The translations under genes and the position numbers were made by a program. Source: Verrucomicrobiota bacterium (GTDB lineage Bacteria > Verrucomicrobiota > Verrucomicrobiia > Limisphaerales > SIBE01). Taken from it: 64,000 nucleotides of DNA. The notes beneath the pieces were generated by a model. It was given only the letters and a program-made list of their open reading frames with translations. It was not told the DNA's origin and made no database searches. This document shows, piece by piece, positions 1 through 8,138 of this stretch; the stretch's first letter is position 1; every line of letters starts with the position of its first letter. Location: the NCBI GenBank assembly GCA_016209525.1, contig JACQWK010000074.1:2205-66204 (forward strand), read 5' to 3'.

Positions 1-1400
1 CATTCCGGTGACCAATCGGCGAGAACCACGCTGCCCATCTTGGGCTCAGCTCGGAGGCGTCCACTATAATCCATGGAACGCGGCAACCGGGCCTTCATCG
101 CAGAAGTGAATTCCAGACCTTGATCGCGGAGCCACTCGGAAGGAAACGCTTGGCGCAAGGATTCGAGCACCACGGAATCGTCCCCTTGAGCTGCCGCCGC
201 TCGCTTCGCCAAGTCCAGTTGGACTCCGCGTGCGGAGAGTCCTCGCTCGCGCGCCCCTGGATTCAGCCAGCGCCGCCATTCGCTGAGCCGGAGCTGATCC
301 TCGGCTTGTGCCAGCGTTTCCTCGATCTGACACGGCTCCTCGGTGGCGCCATAATAGCCGAGCCACGAATTCAGCAGAGTTGTGACAGAAGCGATTCTTT
401 CTTCAAGCGCGGCCGTGCCCTTTTCAGAAAGGATCTCTCCAAGGGTGCGTCGAAAATCCTCCAGCGAAGCCGGGCTGATGATGCGCAGGCACCGGCCCCG
501 AGGCCCTGAGCGAAAGCCGAAACCGAGGAACTCAGCTTGGTCCGCCGGGGTCAGGATTGTTTTCTTCTCGTTCAGGCGCAGCGCGAGGGACGAAAGGAAT
601 CCGGACAGCTCGCTTTTGAATCGCTCGCCTTCCGCGCCTGAGTCCACCAACAACGCCCCATCATCGGCGTAGCGGGCAAAGATGGCGCCGCGAGCATCCA
701 ACCATTGATCCAGGGAATCCAGAACCGCGTTGGCCAGCAGGGGCGAGAGCGGGCTTCCTTGGGCAATCCCTTGAACTGTCGGAAGGATACGCCCGTCCTG
801 GAAGACGCCACAATGCAAGGTCGCCCGAATGAGCTCGAGCAACGCGCCGTCAGTGACCTGCCTCGAAAGCACCGTGAGGACCCGATCATGGGAAACCGAG
901 TCGAAAAAGTCCTCCACGTCGAAGTGAAGCACCCAGCCCGCAGTGGGTGACAATCGGCGTTGGATGTATTGAACCGCATCCAATGGCCCTCTTCCAGGGC
1001 GATACGCGAAGCTGTGCGGGGAGAAGAGCGGCTCGAACACCGGCTGGAGCACCTGGACGATGGCCTGGTGGACGACGCGATCGATGACCGTGGGAACACC
1101 CAATTTCCGGGTGCCGCCTGAGGATTTTGGCACTTCTACACGGCGGACCGGTTTTGGCCGATACTCTCCGTTCAACAGAGCGTCAGCTATTCCTTGAGCC
1201 AGTCCCGGAAACTGCGGCTCCAGGTCGGCAATCGTCACGGCGTCCACGCCGGGTGCGCCGTCATTACGCCGGACCCGTTCCCAGGCTTGGAGCAGGTTGG
1301 CTTCGGACGCCACAGCGGCCAGGCCGGGGGCCGACTCTTCCGAGCGCGGTCCATCGGTGCGCGGACTTCTCCACCGTTCGAGTAATGCTTCAGTTTTCAT
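1..1400 (-). CDS. Group II intron-type reverse transcriptase/maturase, 3'-partial (>=466 aa, no stop in window)
   Basis: Manual translation from ATG 1400: RT0 ANLLQAWERVRRNDGAPGVD, YRPKPVRRVEVPKSSGGTRKLGVPTVIDR, FSPHSFAYRPGR, FDVEDFFDSV, GIAQGSPLSPLLAN, catalytic RYADD, EFLGF, X-domain SWLGYYG...WRRW. Missed by the ORF track because it runs off the edge. Confidence 0.95.
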   Translation of the reverse strand, partial: MKTEALLERWRSPRTDGPRSEESAPGLAAVASEANLLQAWERVRRNDGAPGVDAVTIADLEPQFPGLAQGIADALLNGEYRPKPVRRVEVPKSSGGTRKLGVPTVIDRVVHQAIVQVLQPVFEPLFSPHSFAYRPGRGPLDAVQYIQRRLSPTAGWVLHFDVEDFFDSVSHDRVLTVLSRQVTDGALLELIRATLHCGVFQDGRILPTVQGIAQGSPLSPLLANAVLDSLDQWLDARGAIFARYADDGALLVDSGAEGERFKSELSGFLSSLALRLNEKKTILTPADQAEFLGFGFRSGPRGRCLRIISPASLEDFRRTLGEILSEKGTAALEERIASVTTLLNSWLGYYGATEEPCQIEETLAQAEDQLRLSEWRRWLNPGARERGLSARGVQLDLAKRAAAAQGDDSVVLESLRQAFPSEWLRDQGLEFTSAMKARLPRSMDYSGRLRAEPKMGSVVLADWSPE

Positions 1401-1420
1401 TCAAATTGTGGCTTCCGCAC

Positions 1421-1547
1421 CTACTGAGGAGACCGTAGGATGAACGACACGAAAAAAGCATGTAGTCCCGCCTTTAGGCAGCCCGGACCGGCTAAAGCCG
1501 GGACTACGAACGCCGCGATGTCGCTCATCCCACAGTCTCCTCAGTAA
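1421..1547. mobile_element. 127-bp MITE/REPIN-like element, copy 1
   Basis: Terminal inverted repeats TACTGAGGAGACCGTAGGATGA / TCATCCCACAGTCTCCTCAGTA around a GTAGTCCCG...CGGGACTAC palindrome; equal-length copy at 60128-60254. Confidence 0.85.
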
Positions 1548-1891
1548 TGCCGCCAGCTTCGGCGCCCACGCCAACTTTCGTCACGATGGCCCCGCGATCC
1601 GAACGCAAAATGCCCGATGGCATACAGTCCACCGAAAGCAATGACGACGGGCAGCAGCCACAAGAACCCCGCTTTGAAGGTTGCCAAGTCGCCGCCGGAA
1701 TAGCGCGCCGCGAACGCGGCGACAGCGCTGAACACCAATTCCAGACGCCTGGGACTTCGGCAGCACGCGGCGTACATCGCAAGAATACAAAGCGTTGTGG
1801 CGGTGGCCTCGGCCGAATGAAGCCCGGCGCCGGCAGCCGCCACGGTGAAGAAGGCCAAGCGGACAAGCCGCCCTGGGATAAAGACTGTCAT
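1541..1891 (-). CDS. Small multi-pass membrane protein (start could be 1909)
   Basis: Several hydrophobic segments; stop codon lies inside the MITE; ATGA overlap with upstream 35-aa ORF. Confidence 0.65.
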   Translation of the reverse strand: MTVFIPGRLVRLAFFTVAAAGAGLHSAEATATTLCILAMYAACCRSPRRLELVFSAVAAFAARYSGGDLATFKAGFLWLLPVVIAFGGLYAIGHFAFGSRGHRDESWRGRRSWRHY

Positions 1892-1995
1892 GGATATCGG
1901 AGGTTCCACAAGTGGTCGAGACTCAAGGACCAGAGCACGCCGATGCCCAAGACCAGCAGCACGCTCACCAGTAGTGTTCGAATCAATCTCAGCAT
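1888..1995 (-). CDS. 35-aa single-TM peptide (or frameshifted N-terminus of the next gene)
   Basis: MLRLIRTLLVSVLLVLGIGVLWSLSLDHLWNLRYP; fills the operon gap; ATGA coupling at 1888-1891. Confidence 0.5.
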   Translation of the reverse strand: MLRLIRTLLVSVLLVLGIGVLWSLSLDHLWNLRYP

Positions 1996-2005
1996 AGCCG
2001 TTGCA

Positions 2006-2527
2006 TTACTTCGGGCTGGTTTGGTGATGTCCCAAGGTCGAGAGCCGAAACTCGCAAACGACCACTGGGAGATTAAAGATCGTTGCTTTCCTACCGCTGA
2101 CGACGCAAATGCTTGCCGCGGCCGGCAGCCCGTTTGTGGTGACGACGCACACTCGTCCGGTCGGATCTGTGAGAATGAAAAAGGATTCTCCGGGACGCCT
2201 TGCAGCCAGGTGAACCGACTCAACTCGGCCCAGGAGCAGAACTTTGGTTCCATCCTCCGTATCCTGAAGCGTCTCGCACCGATTGAAGACGGTGAAGTAC
2301 AAAAGCACCTGCGCGGCCAGGAGCAGCAGGCCGGCAAGGAAAAGCGATTTCACTCGCCAGAGCCAGATTTGCACGCGAATCACCCGGGCCACCAGGATGG
2401 CGGCAAGACCGAGAACCAGGACCAACAGTGCGCCCGGTTGCAGCAGCGCAGACCAGTCCTGCAAAGAGAAACCAAGAAGAAACAATGGTGTGTGATGGAT
2501 CATGGAGTCAACGATAGGAGTTGCCAC
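2006..2527 (-). CDS. Membrane protein with 2-3 TM helices and a beta-rich C-terminal domain
   Basis: Hydrophobic N-half; C-half VLLLGRVESV...FFILTDPTGRVCVV..VVSG looks OB-fold-like; overlaps upstream gene. Confidence 0.7.
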   Translation of the reverse strand: MATPIVDSMIHHTPLFLLGFSLQDWSALLQPGALLVLVLGLAAILVARVIRVQIWLWRVKSLFLAGLLLLAAQVLLYFTVFNRCETLQDTEDGTKVLLLGRVESVHLAARRPGESFFILTDPTGRVCVVTTNGLPAAASICVVSGRKATIFNLPVVVCEFRLSTLGHHQTSPK

Positions 2528-3509
2528 TGGCCTCTGGTTGCTTTTCCGCCGGGTCGGAAATGTAGATGAATTGGCTGCCCCGCAAGAGAATCCTGTTCAC
2601 GACATAAACCACCGACTGATCGTGGATCAGTAGATCGCCGTCGGTCACCGTCACGGTTTCTGGGTCGCTGATTCCCGCTGCGGCGATGGCGGCGAATTGC
2701 TTCCGAATGATCGACGAACCCACATCCGCCGTCGGGTGAAAAAACAGTTTAGCTGGTCTTCCGGCGAAGCAGAGTTCTACGGCCTCGGACAGCGCGGCAA
2801 ACGTCCCGTTCGGTCGGAGGTTGAGTGCGGAGGCGGAAATGTTTCGGGCGGTCCTCGAATCCAGCTTGATCAGCCTCGGATTCGTCTCCTGTTGCAGCAG
2901 GACGATCATCTTTTCGACCTGCCCGTTGAGTTCACCTTCCGCCACAATGAACCCCCGTTCCTTCCGGGCGAGCGTGAGAATTTCACCCGGAACGTAGCTG
3001 GCGAGCAACAGCGGCGGCCCTTTCCTTTCCAGCATCCACGCTTGGGCCTGTTCGAAATGATGGTCCCGTATCGGAAACGCCTTGCGGGAGTCGGCAGGCC
3101 TGGATTCGATCTCCTCGACCGGTGGCTTTACCTCCTTGGCGACAATCGCGTTGGTGACGGAGTCCTTCACCGGCGGAAGGCTCAACTTTTCCGGCTTGAG
3201 CTCCAGGACGTTGGTTTTGACTGGAAAGGCAGATGGCGTTGGGGGAGGCGCCTGCGGGGCATTGTCCGCAACGAATTCAGCCAGCGGAGGCTCTTGGCGC
3301 CGCTCCGCCGCCGCGACAGCAACAGGCTGGGGGGATGGCGGCGGCGGCTCTTGGCCCAGCCACAGGAACAGAGGTGCGTTCAGTGAAGGGATCAGCTTCT
3401 TGTCGTGTATCCAAACGAGGCCGAGCATCATTAGAATCAGCAGCGCCATAGCGGCGGCAAAAGCCAATTGATATCTGTGTTTGATGGTCAGGTTTTTCCA
3501 GCGTTTCAT
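2508..3509 (-). CDS. TonB/TolA-like architecture protein (N-terminal TM, Pro-rich linker, globular C-domain)
   Basis: TM LAFAAAMALLILMMLGLVWI, then EPPPPSPQP/APPPTP linker; immediately follows the ExbD-like gene. Confidence 0.7.
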   Translation of the reverse strand: MKRWKNLTIKHRYQLAFAAAMALLILMMLGLVWIHDKKLIPSLNAPLFLWLGQEPPPPSPQPVAVAAAERRQEPPLAEFVADNAPQAPPPTPSAFPVKTNVLELKPEKLSLPPVKDSVTNAIVAKEVKPPVEEIESRPADSRKAFPIRDHHFEQAQAWMLERKGPPLLLASYVPGEILTLARKERGFIVAEGELNGQVEKMIVLLQQETNPRLIKLDSRTARNISASALNLRPNGTFAALSEAVELCFAGRPAKLFFHPTADVGSSIIRKQFAAIAAAGISDPETVTVTDGDLLIHDQSVVYVVNRILLRGSQFIYISDPAEKQPEASGNSYR

Positions 3510-3510
3510 A

Positions 3511-3921
3511 TCATTCAGGAATTATGGCCAGGTGTGTCTTGGGCTCACGAAGACCCCTTTGCAGTTGCGCCAGGAGCCGGAAGAGGGACCCAGCCGGCTC
3601 CTTCTCGGTATGATGGATCAGGACGCCAAGGCCGCTGGCAGAGTTCGTAGCCCCGTACCGAGCCAGCCAACGGGCAAACTCTTGCTCGTTCACGGGGACG
3701 CTCTCCCGCGATCCGATCCGCACGCGCGACTCCGAAACATAAAGGGAGAGATCGACCTTGCGCTCCCCATCGCGGCCAGTGCTTCCAGCGCCAACCGGAA
3801 GCTGGGGACTGGCTTGGCTTCCGATGAGAAGCAAGAACACCGCCACGAGATTCATCAGGAGGTCCGATTGAATCACGCTCAGGGTTGGATCATTCGACTC
3901 GCTGAATTTCATAAAACTCAT
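3511..3921 (-). CDS. ExbD/TolR-like protein
   Basis: Single TM with Asp at its start (QSDLLMNLVAVFLLLI) and a small periplasmic alpha/beta domain; downstream of ExbB-like gene. Confidence 0.7.
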   Translation of the reverse strand: MSFMKFSESNDPTLSVIQSDLLMNLVAVFLLLIGSQASPQLPVGAGSTGRDGERKVDLSLYVSESRVRIGSRESVPVNEQEFARWLARYGATNSASGLGVLIHHTEKEPAGSLFRLLAQLQRGLREPKTHLAIIPE

Positions 3922-3956
3922 TGCATAAGCTTTCGCGCAAATTGCACAACGGCCCC

Positions 3957-4724
3957 TCACCCTGAATCCCTCTCCCCGCGCAATTCGCCGGCTTCGCATT
4001 CAACAGCGCGGGGAGAGAGCGCGGGTGAGAGGTGCATGTACTCTTGAAACGCTGCATCCGCTGCTTCAACGGAATTTGCAGAGCCATTGTTCGGCGCCTC
4101 ACCCGCGGCAGGAGTTGTCGGTGGCGGATTCAGACGCGGTTTGGTGAATTGATCCAGGAGTTCTCCGCCTTCAAATTCCAGATCGCTTTCGAGCTTTTCC
4201 AACGCGCGAAGGCTGCCGGCTTCGATCTCGCTGGCAATAGCGCCCAAGAGCGTCGTTCCCAATCCCATGCAAACGGCGGCGACCATATCGACGCTGCTGC
4301 GGCTATCGGCAAATGTCAGGGAACCCAGCAACAAGCCGAGAATCGTGCCCGCGAATCCGGCGACGGCCGCTTGGCCACGATTAGCACGGCATGCGCGGAC
4401 AAGCGGGGCAAGCGCTGATCCGATATCCCGGTTCACCCAGCGCTCGAATGTGTCGGATGGAACCGAGGTCCCCTTCGCCAGCCGGCAGGCCGTATGGATG
4501 GCCGGATGGACATGAACCTGCGCAATACAGTTCAAAGCGGACGCCCGATCCGCCGCCTCGTCGGCCAGGATTTGTTCCAAAGCCTCCTTTCCCAGCGCGA
4601 GTTGCTTGGTCAGACATCGTCTCGAGAAGACATGCCACAGCGCTCTGCCCAAACACCACGCCGAGGTCAAGTAGGCCGCAATGACCGTCGGTGAAAAGCC
4701 AAGGAGTTTATCGAGTGTCGTCAT
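3957..4724 (-). CDS. MotA/TolQ/ExbB proton-channel family protein
   Basis: N-terminal TM, then AGFAGTILGL and MGLGTTLLG matching the family GLxGTVxG / ALxTTxxG TM pair. Confidence 0.8.
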   Translation of the reverse strand: MTTLDKLLGFSPTVIAAYLTSAWCLGRALWHVFSRRCLTKQLALGKEALEQILADEAADRASALNCIAQVHVHPAIHTACRLAKGTSVPSDTFERWVNRDIGSALAPLVRACRANRGQAAVAGFAGTILGLLLGSLTFADSRSSVDMVAAVCMGLGTTLLGAIASEIEAGSLRALEKLESDLEFEGGELLDQFTKPRLNPPPTTPAAGEAPNNGSANSVEAADAAFQEYMHLSPALSPRAVECEAGELRGERDSG

Positions 4725-4731
4725 AGTTCTG

Positions 4732-5235
4732 TCATTTGGACGCCTTTTCCGCTTGGTTTTGAAGCTGTTCGACGCGCCGCTTCAACACATCTAACTGCGC
4801 CGCCAGCAGTCGAACCTGGCTTTCGAGCCGCGCCATTCGCGCGTCCGGAGTCGGCCGTGTGACCGATTCCGGCAGCGGAGCGACGACCGCAGCCTCGGCC
4901 GGGGGCGAATTTACCGCCGCTGGTGGCACGGCATTGGTCCGTGCTGGCCGCATCTGTTCGACCATCGGCTTCAACTCAGACAGAATCGTGGCGGACCGCT
5001 TTTGGAGCGTCTGCAGGTACTTCTGCCGATCGATCGTGCCGGCTTCCGCCGCGATGGCGCGGACGGTTTCCGCGGCTTCGATGAAGTTGAACTCTGGCAG
5101 GACAGGGCTCTGGCCCTGAACTTGGGCCGGAGGACGGTTCGTTGCAGGCGACGCCGAATCCTGGCCGGACAAGGTGGTGGTCATGAGAACGGTGAGTGCG
5201 GTTACGAGTGTGGTTTTCATAGTTAGAATAGTCAT
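4732..5235 (-). CDS. Secreted protein with C-terminal coiled coil
   Basis: Signal peptide MKTTLVTALTVLMTTTLSG; heptad RMARLESQVRLLAAQLDVLKRRVEQLQ; ATGA overlap. Confidence 0.75.
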   Translation of the reverse strand: MTILTMKTTLVTALTVLMTTTLSGQDSASPATNRPPAQVQGQSPVLPEFNFIEAAETVRAIAAEAGTIDRQKYLQTLQKRSATILSELKPMVEQMRPARTNAVPPAAVNSPPAEAAVVAPLPESVTRPTPDARMARLESQVRLLAAQLDVLKRRVEQLQNQAEKASK

Positions 5236-5456
5236 GGTTTTGAGTTCGGGTTTTCGCCTTGCGCCGCGAGTTCCAGCGTGGCGCGGAGTTTCTGCGCCAT
5301 CGCCAGGACTTCCGGATCGACCTGGGGCTTGGGTTTCGCGCTTTCGGGCTGGACGATCTCAGATGGCGTCCGCTCCGAGGTTTCGCTTTTCGAGCAGCCG
5401 CTTGCCAACAGGAGGCTGAAAGTCCCGGCCAGGAGCAAAATTGGTTTCATTCTCAT
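5232..5456 (-). CDS. Small lipoprotein
   Basis: Lipobox LLLASG-C after a basic/hydrophobic N-terminus. Confidence 0.75.
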   Translation of the reverse strand: MRMKPILLLAGTFSLLLASGCSKSETSERTPSEIVQPESAKPKPQVDPEVLAMAQKLRATLELAAQGENPNSKP

Positions 5457-5459
5457 ACG

Positions 5460-6482
5460 TTATTGCGAGTATTGGTTGAGTTGGTCCAACAGGGAACGCG
5501 AGGCTTCCTGTTTCGGTGCCGGTTCCGACTGCTGGGGCTTGGACCGATCCGGAACTTCCGGGGAAAGGCCCAGCAGCACCTGCCGCATCCCGTTCGCGCC
5601 TTTCTCTAGTACGCCCACGACTTCTTTCACGTGCCGGGTCACTTCGGCCGCGCGGCGAGACACCGCTCCTCCTTCGGCGACCACACCGGTCTCGCTGCCC
5701 ACGTAGCTGAAAGCCTCCGCCATCTCCTGATAGTCTTGGACGATGAAACCAAGCTTCTCCGCTTGCCGCGCGAGGTCTGCTTCGGAGTTTCGCAGAATCG
5801 CCTCGGCTTCCGTCAACTCGGCGAACGACCACTCGTTGATCTTGAAAGCAACCTTGGTGGCATTGGCCGCACGAAGGGCCTTCTCGATCATCTTGCGCAA
5901 GGGCGCGGGAATTTCCTCGTCGCTGCCGAAACCGAGGTCGCCCGCGACTTGGGCGAGTTCCTTCAAGCCGCTCTGTAAGGCCTCGGTCGTCTGCCGCAAT
6001 TGGCTGCTGTCGTGCTGGCGTGTGGACGTGTAGCCCTGCACGACGCGCAGCCCATTGACAACCTCGCCGTAGGCCGACCGCGTGACTTCCTGTGTGGCCT
6101 CGGCCTTGCGGACGATCTCGTCGCAGCCGCGTTTGCCAGTCGCCGCGGCGGCGGCCATGGCCTGGAGAAGCGTCGCCAAATTCGGATCGGACGGATCGCC
6201 TTGATACGCTTGGATAGCCGGGGCCAGCCGCTGCGCCGCCGATCCCAACTTGCCCAATTCGGCGCTGATTTCCTTCTTGAACTCTTGCAGGACGGCCGAA
6301 TCAGACCTGGCTCGGCTCGCCTGGGCTTCGGGAATTTCGCGCCGACCGAATTCGCCCACTTCACGCCCCTGCTGGGCGAATGCGGTCGAGGCCAGCAACA
6401 GATAGGAAGAAATGAGGAGGGTGGTTTTCATCGAGAGGATATTTTTCATGGGTATTGCTGTCATGTCTGGCTTCGCGTTCAT
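5460..6482 (-). CDS. Secreted long alpha-helical/coiled-coil protein (in-frame starts at 6701, 6482, 6431)
   Basis: Signal peptide MKTTLLISSYLLLASTAFA-Q; Ala/Glu/Gln-rich amphipathic helices throughout. Confidence 0.8.
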   Translation of the reverse strand: MNAKPDMTAIPMKNILSMKTTLLISSYLLLASTAFAQQGREVGEFGRREIPEAQASRARSDSAVLQEFKKEISAELGKLGSAAQRLAPAIQAYQGDPSDPNLATLLQAMAAAAATGKRGCDEIVRKAEATQEVTRSAYGEVVNGLRVVQGYTSTRQHDSSQLRQTTEALQSGLKELAQVAGDLGFGSDEEIPAPLRKMIEKALRAANATKVAFKINEWSFAELTEAEAILRNSEADLARQAEKLGFIVQDYQEMAEAFSYVGSETGVVAEGGAVSRRAAEVTRHVKEVVGVLEKGANGMRQVLLGLSPEVPDRSKPQQSEPAPKQEASRSLLDQLNQYSQ

Positions 6483-6522
6483 GCTTTCAAGGTTGGCCAT
6501 CGGCGCGCGAAACGCACGGTTC

Positions 6523-6540
6523 CGGATATCCGCGGATGTT
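6523..6540 (-). promoter_or_regulatory. Putative operator GAYRTC-N4-GAYRTY, copy 1
   Basis: CGGATATCCGCGGATGTT, 41 nt from ATG 6482. Confidence 0.7.
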
Positions 6541-6741
6541 CGTATTGCAGGTGCTTCCTTCTGATGGGCTGGCACTCCCGCTGCAGGGACACTTTGGAAA
6601 ATCGCGGAATCGTACTGACTCCTCCTGGGATCAAACGAGGCGGAGAATCGGATTCTTACCGGCCACTTCTGCCTGCGGAGAATTCGCACTTTGAGCTTCA
6701 TGGGGTGAAGCTCTCTCGAATCAGCGGAAAAATACAGCGCC

Positions 6742-6759
6742 CGGACCTCAGCAGATATC
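6742..6759 (-). promoter_or_regulatory. Putative operator, copy 2 (degenerate)
   Basis: CGGACCTCAGCAGATATC, 41 nt from ATG 6701. Confidence 0.55.
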
Positions 6760-6782
6760 AGGAACGGTCGGTCCCAATCCGA

Positions 6783-8066
6783 TCAGTCATTGAGCACGCG
6801 GAAGGATGGCAGGCGCCAAGAGCGCTCAGGAGGCTTCCACTGGCTGTGCTTTTTTCGCAACCAACTTCGGAGCGCGCTCAATGCCGTGGACACCTTATGG
6901 CTGTCAATCGCGTTCACCCAGGCGTCCGGTGGAGGGCCTTTGAATTCGTGGTGGATTCGTTCCGCCAATTCCCGAGTCGCTTTGTGACTGATGCGGCTCT
7001 GGTCTGGTTTGACGCCGCAGCTTGCCTTGAATAACTCGGCAGCCATGACGAAGTCGCGGCAATTGTCGTCATTGACCCATCCTTGTTCGTTGGCTTCGAA
7101 TACGAACCGGACAACATCAAAAGCATTGCGGCCCTCGATGTCACAAACAAGAGCGTTCACCCGCACCCGGCAATTGGCTCGGTCGAAGAGAATGACCGCC
7201 TCCGGCGCACTCATGGCGTCGCGCTTAAGCCAGTTGCTGATTGTCCGCACCAAGCCCATGAATCCTCCCGGCACTTCTCCCAGATCTCGAAATCGGTTGA
7301 TCAGCGGGACAAAGGGAATGTCGGCCAGATCGATTCGGGCGTCAGAAGCGCGCACCGGCTGTTTGTCCCTCCCCGCCGTCAATTCCTGAACGGGCTGTTT
7401 GGGGAAGAAGAAGCCCCGACAATCGTCGAATGGACTGTTGACCAACACGTGAGTCACGCGGTCGGTCTCGCGCCCCAACAGGCTCATGCAAGCGTAGAGT
7501 AATGCTCCCATCGTCTTTCGGCCTCCGGCAATCGACGCAATAACGCGAGTGTCCGGATTGCCGACGAAACGCCGGACTTCCTCGAGCATGAAGTCGGCGG
7601 CGGCCACATTCTGTGCCGGGGTGCGCAGGTCGAGTGCAGGAGCCTTGACGCCGGTTGAAGGATCGGGCAGTTCGATGATGCGGCGACTCGGGATTTGCAG
7701 GCGCAAATCCGACGTTGCGGAAGGGCCCAACACGGCCCGGCGGAGTGTCTGCCACACGCTATATTCTCCCCATCCGGGCAGCGGTTTGACGACTCCGTCC
7801 TGCAAATTGAGAAGGTCTCGCTCGATGTCTTCGTTGCCCTTCGTCGTTGTGATCAAGACTACCTCATCAGGAATGATCCTCTCCTGGCCCTCAGGCGGAT
7901 GGGCCAGTCTCCAGATGGTTTCGGTGATGATCGCCGGCGACATGCCGGTAACGGCGAGCAGGACAGTTTGGCTGGGACCGGCACTGAGTGAGCCAGCGGA
8001 TTCAGCGGCGCTGGATGCTGGCTCCTTGGCGCGGGCGCCAGTCTTGGACTTTGATTTTGGTTTCAT
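6783..8066 (-). CDS. NE0113/TIGR02584-family CARF protein (Csx14-like; often annotated as ring nuclease) with C-terminal wHTH-like region
   Basis: LLAVTGMSPAIITET, PDEVVLITT, DLRT..N..AADF, ASIAGGRKTMG, SLLGRETDRVTHVLV signatures. Confidence 0.9.
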   Translation of the reverse strand: MKPKSKSKTGARAKEPASSAAESAGSLSAGPSQTVLLAVTGMSPAIITETIWRLAHPPEGQERIIPDEVVLITTTKGNEDIERDLLNLQDGVVKPLPGWGEYSVWQTLRRAVLGPSATSDLRLQIPSRRIIELPDPSTGVKAPALDLRTPAQNVAAADFMLEEVRRFVGNPDTRVIASIAGGRKTMGALLYACMSLLGRETDRVTHVLVNSPFDDCRGFFFPKQPVQELTAGRDKQPVRASDARIDLADIPFVPLINRFRDLGEVPGGFMGLVRTISNWLKRDAMSAPEAVILFDRANCRVRVNALVCDIEGRNAFDVVRFVFEANEQGWVNDDNCRDFVMAAELFKASCGVKPDQSRISHKATRELAERIHHEFKGPPPDAWVNAIDSHKVSTALSALRSWLRKKHSQWKPPERSWRLPSFRVLND

Positions 8067-8138
8067 CGGATAATGGATAGCAGCGACTGACGGCTGGAGG
8101 CGAATTGAGGATGTCGGTGGATGTCGGCGGCGGCGCAT

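Noticed and set aside
64..1438. ORF-track calls such as 572-1099, 120-509, 705-950
   Set aside because: Shadow frames of the real RT ORF (1400 to <1).
3511..4724. Zorya ZorA/ZorB assignment
   Set aside because: No long ZorA tail, no OmpA-like peptidoglycan-binding domain, and no ZorC/D/E; better described as ExbB/ExbD-like.
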